Positions 28,317-38,333 of a stretch of 64,000 nt of DNA are shown here, piece after piece. Source of the DNA: Fibrobacteria bacterium (GTDB lineage Bacteria; Fibrobacterota; Fibrobacteria; UBA11236; JADFYW01). How positions within the stretch are numbered: position 1 is the first letter of the stretch; each line of letters starts with the position of its first letter. Where the stretch lies: NCBI GenBank assembly GCA_050294405.1, contig JBNKOC010000012.1, positions 416,001 through 480,000 on the forward strand, written 5' to 3'. A program made the position numbers and the translations under genes. The notes under the pieces were generated by a model. That model was not told where the DNA came from. It was given only the letters and a program-made list of their open reading frames with translations, and ran no database searches.

Positions 28317-29202
28317 CCATTCGTTTCGCTCCTAAATGAACCAGGTTTAAATGGAGAGAAGCCCCAATAAACAAAGATTTTGGAAAATCAAGATAATCCA
28401 ATTGGGGGTGGTCCAACCAACTTCCCACATGCAAGTTTACAAAAAAACTTTTTTGTTTGTTGAGGGAAATTCCAGTGGCTCCGAATTCCATAGAGCTTTT
28501 TAATAGTTCAGTTTCCGCACTCCATTTGTAAAATAGATTGGCAAAATATTGGGTGTCTCCTTTGGGAAATAATTCCATTCTAAGGCCTGCGCCCCTTACT
28601 TCATCAATGGGTTCCAACAACATGTCGTGGTTGAAATCGTACACGTAGCTTTTGTCCCTGACATCAATATCAATGAGCTCGTGCATTCCGTAAAATTTAA
28701 AGTCTAAAAACGGAGTGGGAATATTCACATGGGCGGAAAAAGCAAAAATATCTCCCCCGGCAAACTCGCCTTTGCTGCTAAAGTCATTAAAGATTTCTGA
28801 AGGCTGCCAGCTTTTTCTAATGGGTTGTGAGCCAAAGGATACCAAACTTTTGTGGTAAAACTGCCGTCTGTAGCCAGCTTGGATTTGAAACCAGGATACT
28901 AATTTGATTTGAAGCCCACCTCCCAGATTGCTGTAAAGCGGGGAAACGGAAACTTCTACCAGGGGTTTTAAGAAGGTACGGCTAAATGTTTCCACATTCA
29001 GACTTAAAATGGGCTCTATCCAACCCGCTTCAAAATGGTAAACTCCGGTGGTAAGATCTTCGTCCCAGGCCAGCGGTGAACTGTGCATGGTGAAGTTTTG
29101 GCGGGTATAGCCTCCAAAATGGACGATATCCCCAATGGTTTTGGGAAAGGGAGAGCTGACAAAAGCTCCCAGGCATAGGCAAATAACCACTAGTTTAGAC
29201 AT
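28306..29202 (-). CDS. Hypothetical exported (possibly outer-membrane) protein
   Basis: Signal peptide and beta-strand-like alternation. Confidence 0.55.
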   Translation of the reverse strand: MSKLVVICLCLGAFVSSPFPKTIGDIVHFGGYTRQNFTMHSSPLAWDEDLTTGVYHFEAGWIEPILSLNVETFSRTFLKPLVEVSVSPLYSNLGGGLQIKLVSWFQIQAGYRRQFYHKSLVSFGSQPIRKSWQPSEIFNDFSSKGEFAGGDIFAFSAHVNIPTPFLDFKFYGMHELIDIDVRDKSYVYDFNHDMLLEPIDEVRGAGLRMELFPKGDTQYFANLFYKWSAETELLKSSMEFGATGISLNKQKSFFVNLHVGSWLDHPQLDYLDFPKSLFIGASLHLNLVHLGAKRMEKK

Positions 29203-29355
29203 GGTATTCTTTAATTTAATTTCCTTTTTGTAAAAAATTCCATTAATCAGCAGTTTTAAACCAGAATATTTTTTTATTTTTGCATCATCCGGGGGTGTTG
29301 GGATATCTGGGCTATCTCATAAAAAATTAAAGGATAAGTACAGGAGTTAATTCAC

Positions 29356-29724
29356 ATGTCATTACAGAAAATCTTTGCCTTCCTCTTAATAGGGATAATT
29401 ATCGGATGCTCCACAAACCGGGCCCTTATAACTCGAGGTTTGAATGAAGAAGAAAGACGATATTATGTTGTTCAAAATGGATATGGAATTACTCCAGAAG
29501 TGAAACAATCTTTTTTGGATGGGTTTATTACCGAAGGCATGGAGCAAGAGTTGGTATTCCAGCTATATGGTGCTCCCGATAGAACCATTGAAGACGATAC
29601 CATTTGGGAATACATAGATGGTAAAGGCAAATTGGTTACAGGCGTCAAATTTGAAGACAAAAAAGTTGTGGAAATTATTGGAGATCGCCGGGGCGGCTTG
29701 CCTTTGGAAGGCGAAACCAAATAG
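29356..29724 (+). CDS. Lipoprotein, BamE/SmpA-like fold possible
   Basis: AGGAG RBS, lipobox IIGC, GMEQELV...YGAPD...WEY. Confidence 0.6.
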   Translation: MSLQKIFAFLLIGIIIGCSTNRALITRGLNEEERRYYVVQNGYGITPEVKQSFLDGFITEGMEQELVFQLYGAPDRTIEDDTIWEYIDGKGKLVTGVKFEDKKVVEIIGDRRGGLPLEGETK

Positions 29725-29735
29725 CTTTAGCTTCT

Positions 29736-30899
29736 GTGAATCAAAATTGGATTGAAGCCCACAAGGAATTTCCAGTCAATAAACATTCCATTTGGCTGAA
29801 TAATTGCGGTACCACTCCCATATCTTCAAAAAGTTTAAAAGCTGTTCATTCTTTTTTAGAAGGCTACTCTAAGGCGGGAGTTTTTACCGATGTTGCTAAT
29901 TACCGGCAGGTAAAAAACAACATCAAGAACATTCTATCTCAGCTCCTCAATTGCGACCCTTTAGAGTTGTGCCTTATACACAATACGTCCGAAGGCATGA
30001 ACTACATTTCACATAGCCTTAAACTCCCGGAAAACTCCAAAATCCTTTTACTGGAAAATGAATACCCCAGTAACTATTACCCCTGGGAACATTGGAAAGA
30101 AAAAAAAATGGAAATTGTAACTTTGCCCATGGCCCAAAACACTGAAGAATGGTTGGATAATGTGGAGAAGGCATTAAAACAGAATATTTCTTTAGTCAGT
30201 TTATCCCCTGTGCATTGGTGTACGGGCCAGGTTTTGCCCATTGAAGAAATCGGCAGCATGTGCAAAAAAGCCGGGGCGTATTTTGCGTTAGATGGTTCTC
30301 AGGCCGTGGGAGCTGTTCCTGTGGATTTAAAAAAAGCTAAAGTTGATTTTATGGCCATGGCAGCTTGGAAATGGCTATTGGGCCCACTGGGCCTGGGTGT
30401 TATGTATGTGAGTATTTCTAATCTAGATAAATTAACTCCCGTGTTTAAAGGCACTGCATCTGTGGAAGGAGCAGAGGAATATCTTCCATATAAATCAAAA
30501 TGGAAACAGGGTGCTGACCGCTTTGAAATTTCCACTCCCAATTTTAACGATTGGATTTACTTTGAATCTTCTCTTGGGCTATTAAACAATATTGGATTTT
30601 CTCATGTTTTAAAAAGGCTTTCGGAACTTAGCCGTTATCTCGAATCCGGGCTTTTGGAAAGGGGTTACAGATTAGCCGCGGATTCTTCTGATATTGAAAA
30701 GAGCCCCATTGTGAGTTTTAATAAAGCTAATAAAAACATGGAACAGCTAAGTCGCCAGCTAACCAAGCATAAAATTATCCATGCTTTAAGATTGGGCAAA
30801 ATACGCTTTGGACCCCATGTTTATATTCTGGAATCCCAGTTAGACCAGGTTTTTGATATTCTGGACGAATGGGAAAAATCTTCTGCAAGCAATGCATGA
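29736..30899 (+). CDS. Class V PLP-dependent aminotransferase family protein
   Basis: WLNN, NTSEG, EYPSN, DGSQAVG, WKWLLGPLG (PLP lysine). Confidence 0.88.
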   Translation: MNQNWIEAHKEFPVNKHSIWLNNCGTTPISSKSLKAVHSFLEGYSKAGVFTDVANYRQVKNNIKNILSQLLNCDPLELCLIHNTSEGMNYISHSLKLPENSKILLLENEYPSNYYPWEHWKEKKMEIVTLPMAQNTEEWLDNVEKALKQNISLVSLSPVHWCTGQVLPIEEIGSMCKKAGAYFALDGSQAVGAVPVDLKKAKVDFMAMAAWKWLLGPLGLGVMYVSISNLDKLTPVFKGTASVEGAEEYLPYKSKWKQGADRFEISTPNFNDWIYFESSLGLLNNIGFSHVLKRLSELSRYLESGLLERGYRLAADSSDIEKSPIVSFNKANKNMEQLSRQLTKHKIIHALRLGKIRFGPHVYILESQLDQVFDILDEWEKSSASNA

Positions 30900-31947
30900 A
30901 AAAGAACTTCTAAAATGGTTTTCCAAAAACCAAAGGGATTTGCCCTGGCGTGTATCCAGAGCTAAATTGCGTCGGGATCCCTATAAAACCTGGGTGTCAG
31001 AAGTAATGCTGCAGCAAACCCAGGTGAAAACGGTTATAGGCTATTTTGAAAACTGGGTGAAAAAATTCCCCAGCGTTAAAGCGCTTGCCCAAAGCCCCCT
31101 GGAAGAGGTTCTTATGGCCTGGGCTGGGCTTGGTTATTATTCCAGAGCCAGAAGTTTGCACAAGGGGGCCAATTATATTTTACAGAACCACGGGGGAGAG
31201 CTTCCTGATGATGTATCTGAATTGATTAAAATTCCCGGAGTGGGGCCCTATACATCAGGGGCTATTTCCAGTTTGGCTTATAATCAACAAGCGCCCATAT
31301 TAGACGGGAATTTGATTCGTATTTTTAGCAGATACATGGGCTGGGGTTTCCTGCCGGAAGATAAAAACCAGAGGCAAACATACTGGAACCTGGCAAAAAC
31401 ATGGGTGGAATCCAAACAACCGGGCGATGTGAATGAGGCACTCATGGAATTGGGCGCTTTGGTTTGCACGGTAAAAAATCCTCAATGTGGAATCTGTCCA
31501 TTGGCAGCCAAATGTTATGCACACCAAAAGAAAAAAACAACAGAACTGCCTCCCCTTAAAAAAAGACGGGCAGGAGTAAATATTAACGGATATGCCTGGA
31601 TAATTATTTCGCCCCTGGGGGTATTGTTAACCCATAGGAAAAAGGGGGAACTGTTGGGGGGACAATGGACTTTTCCCTGGAGTAAACAAAAAAATTTGGC
31701 AGAAGTCTTTTTTGGAAATCCCTTGCTGTTAAGCAAAAAGGAGCTGGCGAGTATTCAAGTATCTCCAAGACTAATAGGCCATGCCATAACCCATCACAAA
31801 ATCAGGCTCTATCCAATTTTTTTAAAATCATCAAAGGCCATAAAAAAATTACCCGAAGGCTATGATTGGCACCCGGCTCGGGACTTAGAAAAAACTTTGA
31901 TCAGTTCTTTATCCAAAAAAATTTGGGAGAGTCGAAATCTATTTTAA
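30892..31947 (+). CDS. mutY: A/G-specific adenine glycosylase
   Basis: RDLPWR, WVSEVMLQQTQV, WAGLGYYSRA, C-x6-C-x2-C-x5-C. Confidence 0.95.
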   Translation: MHEKELLKWFSKNQRDLPWRVSRAKLRRDPYKTWVSEVMLQQTQVKTVIGYFENWVKKFPSVKALAQSPLEEVLMAWAGLGYYSRARSLHKGANYILQNHGGELPDDVSELIKIPGVGPYTSGAISSLAYNQQAPILDGNLIRIFSRYMGWGFLPEDKNQRQTYWNLAKTWVESKQPGDVNEALMELGALVCTVKNPQCGICPLAAKCYAHQKKKTTELPPLKKRRAGVNINGYAWIIISPLGVLLTHRKKGELLGGQWTFPWSKQKNLAEVFFGNPLLLSKKELASIQVSPRLIGHAITHHKIRLYPIFLKSSKAIKKLPEGYDWHPARDLEKTLISSLSKKIWESRNLF

Positions 31948-31983
31948 GAAAAATTAATTAGCCCCAAGGCTTTCTTCGGGCGT

Positions 31984-34620
31984 TTAGTCCACAGGAGGGG
32001 CTTTGGGGATGGCCGCCGCACAGCATCGAAAACCAATGGCTTTAAACTGATAAAACTCTTTGGCGTCCTTAAAATTTTGCACCGCTTCTTCGGGATAATT
32101 TTTGATGTATCCGTACAAAAGTTTCGTGGGAAAACTTTTCCAATTTCCATTAACCTCTCTTGTTAACAGGGGGTGCTCGCTGTAAGCGCCATCCAAAACA
32201 AGAGTATCCGAATAACTGAATTCCCGGTAATCCAAAGTGTCCAATACATATTCAAGATTGCTGTCGCTTCCAAACTCTTTTAAACTGTCGATCTCCTCTT
32301 TGCTGAACAACACTTCAAGCAAAACTTTTTGATTGATTTCTACTCCGTTAAGCGCGTTTGAATCCGCCTTGCCGATATTTCTTATTTTGTATTCTTTAGA
32401 TTCGCCATTTTTAAAATTTAGGGTCATGTATACGCTGTCTTTTTCCAGCTTTTTGCCATTTATGGTTTCTTCTCCCTTTTTGAATTCGGGCTTTCCAACT
32501 ACCGGGGAGCTTATTTCCGGGCAAAAAACCGAATCCACATTGGAAGGATGTTTGTAGCGTACCGCCACATTTACAAACTCTGAAACACAGGAAGGGACAT
32601 AAGCTGGCCGCTTTTGTTTGGGGCGGGATACCAGAGCCGTACATTGGGCTTTTTTCTGTAAATCTGCCACGCTGATTTGAGGCTTTAAATAGTTACCGCC
32701 TTTAAACATGGGCGTAAGTTGTCCGCTATCCTCGGCTGCGACCCACTCCGACAGGTTCCCTGCTAAGTCGCGCACGCCTTCGTTGGTGATGCAGACGCTG
32801 TTTCTAAGGCGAATATCAAAGGCCATGTCAATATCTCCAGCCCCCTGGTTGCAATGGGTTTGCAATAAGGAACTGCTGGCGCTGAGTTCTCCCAATTCGT
32901 TGCCAAGATTATCCAAAGACTGGATACCATAAACATGCTTTTCTTCCCGCCCTCGACAGGCTCTTACCCATTGCTGTTCCGTGCAAAGATAATGCTGGCT
33001 TAGGCTATCGGCTTCATCCGCTACATCCCCGCAAATTTGCGCGGCCTCTGAAATAGTCACGGCGCTCATAAAATTTCCGCTGGAGTCCTGATGTTCCAGT
33101 TCTTCTATGCAAAAGGGAGTGTTATTGCCCTTAGCGATTAATTTATAGCCTGTGGGACAAGTATATCCCGTATCCGCAAAAAGAGTGGTAACGGAAAGGC
33201 TGCTAATATCGGACTTGTGTTGGGTGGAATCTTCCGCATATAATTTGAAATCAAACTTTTGCCCTGGAGCCAAATAATAAAAATAGGCCCGGTATAAATC
33301 CGATTCGGAATCGGGAGTTAATATGCGGCTTTGATTGGTAATGATGGATTGAGGCGCCGTGGGAGAAACTTCGATGTTTATGACTAAAGACTCCGGCTTG
33401 GCCTGGCTGCTGCTGTCGGGGATTTTGGTTTTCACCAAATGATAACTCATGATGTTCTGGTTGTCCTTTGTATCATCGGGGCGGCTATCCCTTGTGGGGG
33501 ACCAGCTCAATTCAATAATGTTAATGCCAATGCTATCGGCCTTAAAGTTTTCAATAGCTCTTGGTTTTGATGTATCTGTGGTGTTGAAGGTTAGCAATTC
33601 TGCGCCGCGGGTGCCCCGGTTGCCAAATTCGTCCACCGCATAAAACTGATAGGAATATTGATGCAAATCCTTAAGGCCTAATATTTGAAAATACATGGCG
33701 GATTGGTTGGGCGAATAACCATTGCCATCTTCCAGAAAAATATCATAGATGGCTATTTTACCGGTATCGCTGCTTAACCTGGTTACTTTAAAACCTGGGT
33801 TTTTTGAGCGGCCACTGGAATAAAATAAACTGTCTTTCTCCCGAACAAATACCATAGAATCAATTTTAAGAGTGGTGAGAGGTTCATCTGTTTTTTCCAC
33901 GTTTTTTAAAATGAGATGGTACCCGGAAATGTGCCCGCTGTCCGAGGCAGGATCGTTGTTAAAAAAGCTGGTTTTATCCCGGGGGCGCTTCCAGCTCAAA
34001 GTAAAGCTCTTATCCGTTACGCTGCGCTGGGATTGCAGTTTTTCGGGGGGGAAGCGATCGTCCACAATAATCTCCGTAAAGCGGGGAATACCAATATCGC
34101 CAGGGTAGACAGAAACCAATGCAAAATTAAAGGCGTAATCCACAGAATCCAACCGGGCTCCCATGCCCGATGTATCGAATTGATACCAGGGATAGCCCTT
34201 GTAATTTTTTTCCATTAACTGAACGGGGTCTCCCGAGTCGCCAAAAGAAAAAAGAATGCTGTCTTCTTCCACGATAAATTTATTCCAGGTGGTATCATTG
34301 GTTTTTTTATCAATGGATTTAACAGTAGAATCCTGGGTTGGCTTCAACGTTAGTACCGCTCCAATGGATTTTTCAGGCTTTTCCAGTATCTCTTTCCAGT
34401 TGGTAGTATCCAGATATATGCGTATGTTTTGAAACTTTTCTTTTTCAGAAGGGTTGCGCCAGGTGAGGATATATTTCTGGGGGTCGGGACTATCCTCTTC
34501 AAATTCTGTGGGAGTTAAAAATCCATCCGGTGATTTTAAATAGGCAAAACTTCTTTCCCTGGGATCATCGCTGCAATAAAAAAGGGCCAGAGACCCAAAA
34601 AGAAACCAAATCCATTTCAT
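31984..34620 (-). CDS. Lipoprotein with FN3-like domains and FGE-sulfatase (SUMF1/EgtB/PvdO-like) domain
   Basis: Cys16 lipobox-like, FN3-like W..P and YAVDEFGN / YAEDS motifs, LCTEQQWVRAC, DLAGNLSEWV, IGFRCC. Confidence 0.7.
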   Translation of the reverse strand: MKWIWFLFGSLALFYCSDDPRERSFAYLKSPDGFLTPTEFEEDSPDPQKYILTWRNPSEKEKFQNIRIYLDTTNWKEILEKPEKSIGAVLTLKPTQDSTVKSIDKKTNDTTWNKFIVEEDSILFSFGDSGDPVQLMEKNYKGYPWYQFDTSGMGARLDSVDYAFNFALVSVYPGDIGIPRFTEIIVDDRFPPEKLQSQRSVTDKSFTLSWKRPRDKTSFFNNDPASDSGHISGYHLILKNVEKTDEPLTTLKIDSMVFVREKDSLFYSSGRSKNPGFKVTRLSSDTGKIAIYDIFLEDGNGYSPNQSAMYFQILGLKDLHQYSYQFYAVDEFGNRGTRGAELLTFNTTDTSKPRAIENFKADSIGINIIELSWSPTRDSRPDDTKDNQNIMSYHLVKTKIPDSSSQAKPESLVINIEVSPTAPQSIITNQSRILTPDSESDLYRAYFYYLAPGQKFDFKLYAEDSTQHKSDISSLSVTTLFADTGYTCPTGYKLIAKGNNTPFCIEELEHQDSSGNFMSAVTISEAAQICGDVADEADSLSQHYLCTEQQWVRACRGREEKHVYGIQSLDNLGNELGELSASSSLLQTHCNQGAGDIDMAFDIRLRNSVCITNEGVRDLAGNLSEWVAAEDSGQLTPMFKGGNYLKPQISVADLQKKAQCTALVSRPKQKRPAYVPSCVSEFVNVAVRYKHPSNVDSVFCPEISSPVVGKPEFKKGEETINGKKLEKDSVYMTLNFKNGESKEYKIRNIGKADSNALNGVEINQKVLLEVLFSKEEIDSLKEFGSDSNLEYVLDTLDYREFSYSDTLVLDGAYSEHPLLTREVNGNWKSFPTKLLYGYIKNYPEEAVQNFKDAKEFYQFKAIGFRCCAAAIPKAPPVD

Positions 34621-34631
34621 AAGAACATTAT

Positions 34632-34660
34632 AAAAAACCCACTGGAGACTATCCAGTGGG
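34632..34660 (-). terminator. Rho-independent terminator of rplU-rpmA
   Basis: CCCACTGGA-gacta-TCCAGTGGG with an A tract on the left. Confidence 0.85.
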
Positions 34661-34690
34661 CCTTTTATTCAAACTGTAAATTTAAAGCGA

Positions 34691-34954
34691 TTACGCAGCA
34701 GCCAAGGGTTCCACACCAACGGTGGTTTTAGTTTGGCTTACCTTTTGGAATTTAACATGGCCATCAATCAGGCTAAAAATGGTGTAATCTTTTCCAAGAC
34801 CCACATTTTTACCGGGGTGCCATTTAGTTCCTTTTTGACGGATAATAATATTACCTGGTTTAACCAGCTCACCGCCGAATTTTTTAACGCCCAAATACTG
34901 TGGATTTGAGTCTCTTCCGTTTTTTGTGCTTCCTAAACCTTTTTTGTGCGCCAT
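34691..34954 (-). CDS. rpmA: 50S ribosomal protein L27
   Basis: [16 protein letters not shown]. Confidence 0.98.
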   Translation of the reverse strand: MAHKKGLGSTKNGRDSNPQYLGVKKFGGELVKPGNIIIRQKGTKWHPGKNVGLGKDYTIFSLIDGHVKFQKVSQTKTTVGVEPLAAA

Positions 34955-34957
34955 GAT

Positions 34958-35392
34958 TTATCCCTCTTGTTCTTCTTTACTTTTCGCCTTTTTTTGGGCG
35001 GGCTCTTTGGCCTTTGCAATTGCAGCAGCGCGAACCCTGGCTCTTTCGATTGCTTTTTTATCGGCAGACTTTTTACCTGCAGAAGAATCGATTTCCACCA
35101 CAATTATCTCAGAGAAATCCTGACGGTGGCCCTGTGTGCGGCGATACCCTTGTCTTCTTTTCTTTTTGAAAACTTTAACTTTGTCAGCTTTGCCATGGGC
35201 CAAAACTTCGCATTTTACAGAGGCATTATCCAGAATAGGTGCGCCCACTTCAATTTTATCGCCGTTGGCAACTAACAATACATCACTGATGGATATTTCC
35301 GATCCAACTTCGGCTTCTAATTTGGGAACTTTCAAGGTTTCGCCAATGGTCACCTTTTGCTGAAAGCCGCCGGATTTAATAACAGAATACAT
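34958..35392 (-). CDS. rplU: 50S ribosomal protein L21 with C-terminal extension
   Basis: MYSVIKSGGFQ, FKKKRRQGYRRTQGHRQ. Confidence 0.97.
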   Translation of the reverse strand: MYSVIKSGGFQQKVTIGETLKVPKLEAEVGSEISISDVLLVANGDKIEVGAPILDNASVKCEVLAHGKADKVKVFKKKRRQGYRRTQGHRQDFSEIIVVEIDSSAGKKSADKKAIERARVRAAAIAKAKEPAQKKAKSKEEQEG

Positions 35393-35486
35393 GCTTATTC
35401 CTTAATTTCATCTAAAAAAATCTGGTGGAAAGTTATTAAATTAACTCCAGATTGCAAGGGAACGAGCCTTATTTTAAGGCCTTTGC

Positions 35487-36515
35487 TTATTGTAACCCAC
35501 CTGCGTTTAAATCGGAAGACAATTCACCCTTGTACTGGGGGTTCAGGTATTTCACATTGAACTTTTTGTACAGGGTTTGCAAGTAACCTTCCAATTTTTC
35601 CTGATTTTCACGGGTTTTTTCCAAAACGTAAATCTGCATTATTTTCAGTTTTGAATTTTCAAAGCTTTTATCATTTTTATCTGTGAGTAAAAACAAATGA
35701 AGTCCCAAGGGGGTTTTAAAAACCGGGGAAATTTCTCCAACTTTTAAATTTTTCACGTTTTTATCAAAATCAGGCATAAAATCACCTAATTCAAAGGTGC
35801 CTAAATCTCCACCTAGTTGGGCTTCTTCTCCTTCAGAATGAAGGGCCGCCAGTCTGGCAAACTTTTCCAGCAAAATATCAATATGGGGCTCAGCCAAAAG
35901 GTGTTCCCTGATTTTTTCCAGTTTTTCCCGCTTGGTTTTTTCCTCATCTGCTGATTTTCCTTTTCCAAGCTTGAGTAAAATTTGCGATCCCCTTAATTTC
36001 TTGTTTTTAGGGAATTTATCCTTATTTTTTTCAAAATACTGCTTCATTTCCCCTTCGTTGGGTCTTGCAGGAGCGCTAACTATGCTGGCCAATAGCTTTT
36101 CCATTTTTATTTGACGTTCCATTTTTTCCCGCAGGGATTTTTCGGAATCTCCCACCTGTTTTAAGGCTTTTTCATACCCGCCGTTATCTCCAAAAGAAGA
36201 TTTAAAAACAGCCATTACAGAATCCACCTCGGCTTTTCCCACAGGTATTTTTTGGCTTTTGGCTTCTGCGTACAAAAGTTCCTGACTCACCAGGTTTCCC
36301 GCCACAATTTTAACCAGATACTCATATTCTTCTTTGGTTAGGGCCTTTTCTCCAAATTGCTGCCTTCCCAACAAAACCACCAGCGAATCAATGCGCTCTT
36401 TAGTAATAGGAACATCGTTCACTTGAATAACAGTTGTGCCTTTGGCGAAAACAAAACAGGGCAACAGGCCAAAAAATAAAAGTACAAGAGCGAATTTTTT
36501 AAAGTTATGCTTCAT
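35487..36515 (-). CDS. Parvulin-type peptidylprolyl isomerase with SurA-like N domain
   Basis: SQILL, FARLAALHS, GGDLG, GEISPVFKTPLGLH. Confidence 0.88.
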   Translation of the reverse strand: MKHNFKKFALVLLFFGLLPCFVFAKGTTVIQVNDVPITKERIDSLVVLLGRQQFGEKALTKEEYEYLVKIVAGNLVSQELLYAEAKSQKIPVGKAEVDSVMAVFKSSFGDNGGYEKALKQVGDSEKSLREKMERQIKMEKLLASIVSAPARPNEGEMKQYFEKNKDKFPKNKKLRGSQILLKLGKGKSADEEKTKREKLEKIREHLLAEPHIDILLEKFARLAALHSEGEEAQLGGDLGTFELGDFMPDFDKNVKNLKVGEISPVFKTPLGLHLFLLTDKNDKSFENSKLKIMQIYVLEKTRENQEKLEGYLQTLYKKFNVKYLNPQYKGELSSDLNAGGLQ

Positions 36516-36723
36516 TTGATTCTTTTTTTCAGGTGGTTCTGGATTAAAGGGCGTGGCAAATTAATCCAAAGGATTTTATATCTTACAAAAAGTTAATTAA
36601 TTGTTCTAAAGGGGTTCAAATTTTGGCCACGGGGGTGATCTTTCCCCTAAAAGTCGGAAAATCCTCTCGGAAAAATGAGGAATCCTTGCAAATTATTCAG
36701 GGGAATTGAAGTTTTAGGAAATC

Positions 36724-38304
36724 ATGTCTGAAAAAACCATTGTTTATGACTTAATCATTGTAGGTGGCGGGATAAATGGAGCCGCTTTGGCAAGAGCCGC
36801 AGGCCACGCGGGGCTTAAAACCATCCTATTTGAAAAATCTGATTTTGCCGGCGGCACCAGTTCTGAATCCTCCAAATTAATCCATGGTGGACTGCGTTAT
36901 CTGGAGTATGGAGAGTTTGGCCTGGTTAAAGAATCTTTAAAAGAAAGAAAAATATTGCTGGAAACAGCTCCGCACCTGGTAAAAGAGGGTAGGTTTGTGT
37001 TGCCGGTAGGCAAACGCAGCTCCCGGCCTCGCTGGATGTACAAAGCTGGTATGATGTTGTATGATTTGTTCGCAGGGAAATACCGCTTGCATAGGCATGA
37101 ATTTGCAAACTCCGCCCAGCTAGAGAAAAAATATCCGGAACTTTTGCCATCTGAAAAGACGGGGGCTTATATATACAGCGATTGTTATATGGATGACTCC
37201 CGGCTATGTATGGAGAACCTGCTGGATGCGGCAAAAATGGGAGTGGAACTTAAAAATTATTGCGAGTTTTTGGGTGTGGAAGAAAACACCATGTGGGAAA
37301 AAGATACCATTTTGGAAGTGACCGTAGAAGACAGGCAAGATGGCACCAACCGGGAATATTTGGCCCGCAAATTGATGTTTGCCTTAGGCCCCTGGAATGA
37401 CCAGGTTTTAAAAAAGGAATTTACTAGTATGAAGCCCCAACTCTTGCGAAGCCAAGGGGCTCATCTGTTTGTTAAAAAACTGCCTTTTTCCGAAAGCTTT
37501 TTGCTTCCGGTTCCAAACACCAATCGCCTTATGTTTGTGCTGCCTTTTAAAGAGGGGCATTTAATCGGAACTACAGAAACGGCAGTGGGAAATGAGGACG
37601 AAGGCCCTTTTATTCCCAAGGAGTCCGAAATTTCAGAAATCGAAAAAAATTTTACGGAATATTTTCCCAACATCAAACTGGAAAAAATATGCACTATTGC
37701 CGGTGTGCGTCCCCTTGCTAAAGGTAAAACCAAGCAACATACCAAAGCCTCCAGAACTCATAAATTTCATAAATTGCACGACTTAGTTTTTAGCGGAGTG
37801 GGAGGAAAGTACACCACCTTTAGAGTGTTTGCCCATGATTTTTTTAAGTATGTATATGGCAAATCCTTTGAAAATCCTGACTTAAGTGGCAAAAAATTTC
37901 CCGGGGCTTTTTTGGAGTCCAGAGAAAATATTCTGGATAAAATTAATAAGCTGGGTTTTGACAGGGAATTGGCCCAAAGCTGGTTAAATACATATGGCCA
38001 GAGGGCTTTGGAACTGGCCCAGTACATCAGCGAAAAAGAATCTCATAAACAGCTTATTTCCAAAAAATACCAGCTATTGGAAGGCGAAGTCCATTTTGCC
38101 ATCGACCGGGAGTTTGCCAAACTTCCCGTGGATTTTTTGCGCCGCCGCCGGGCTTTGTATTTTAGCGAAGGAGGCGGGTATGATGTTTATATGGATGTGA
38201 AAAAAATCTTTTCGGAACGTCTTCCAGAGTACAAACATCTTGAAGAAGAAGAAAGTTATCCTGCTTTTTTAAAGCGCTATTCCCATGTTGCGGTAGAATC
38301 TTGA
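36724..38304 (+). CDS. glpD: FAD-dependent glycerol-3-phosphate dehydrogenase
   Basis: GGGINGA, GTSSESSKLIHGGLRYLE, GTTE, GVRPL, GGKYTT. Confidence 0.9.
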   Translation: MSEKTIVYDLIIVGGGINGAALARAAGHAGLKTILFEKSDFAGGTSSESSKLIHGGLRYLEYGEFGLVKESLKERKILLETAPHLVKEGRFVLPVGKRSSRPRWMYKAGMMLYDLFAGKYRLHRHEFANSAQLEKKYPELLPSEKTGAYIYSDCYMDDSRLCMENLLDAAKMGVELKNYCEFLGVEENTMWEKDTILEVTVEDRQDGTNREYLARKLMFALGPWNDQVLKKEFTSMKPQLLRSQGAHLFVKKLPFSESFLLPVPNTNRLMFVLPFKEGHLIGTTETAVGNEDEGPFIPKESEISEIEKNFTEYFPNIKLEKICTIAGVRPLAKGKTKQHTKASRTHKFHKLHDLVFSGVGGKYTTFRVFAHDFFKYVYGKSFENPDLSGKKFPGAFLESRENILDKINKLGFDRELAQSWLNTYGQRALELAQYISEKESHKQLISKKYQLLEGEVHFAIDREFAKLPVDFLRRRRALYFSEGGGYDVYMDVKKIFSERLPEYKHLEEEESYPAFLKRYSHVAVES

Positions 38305-38333
38305 AATTTGACCACAACTATTAATGGGCAGCT

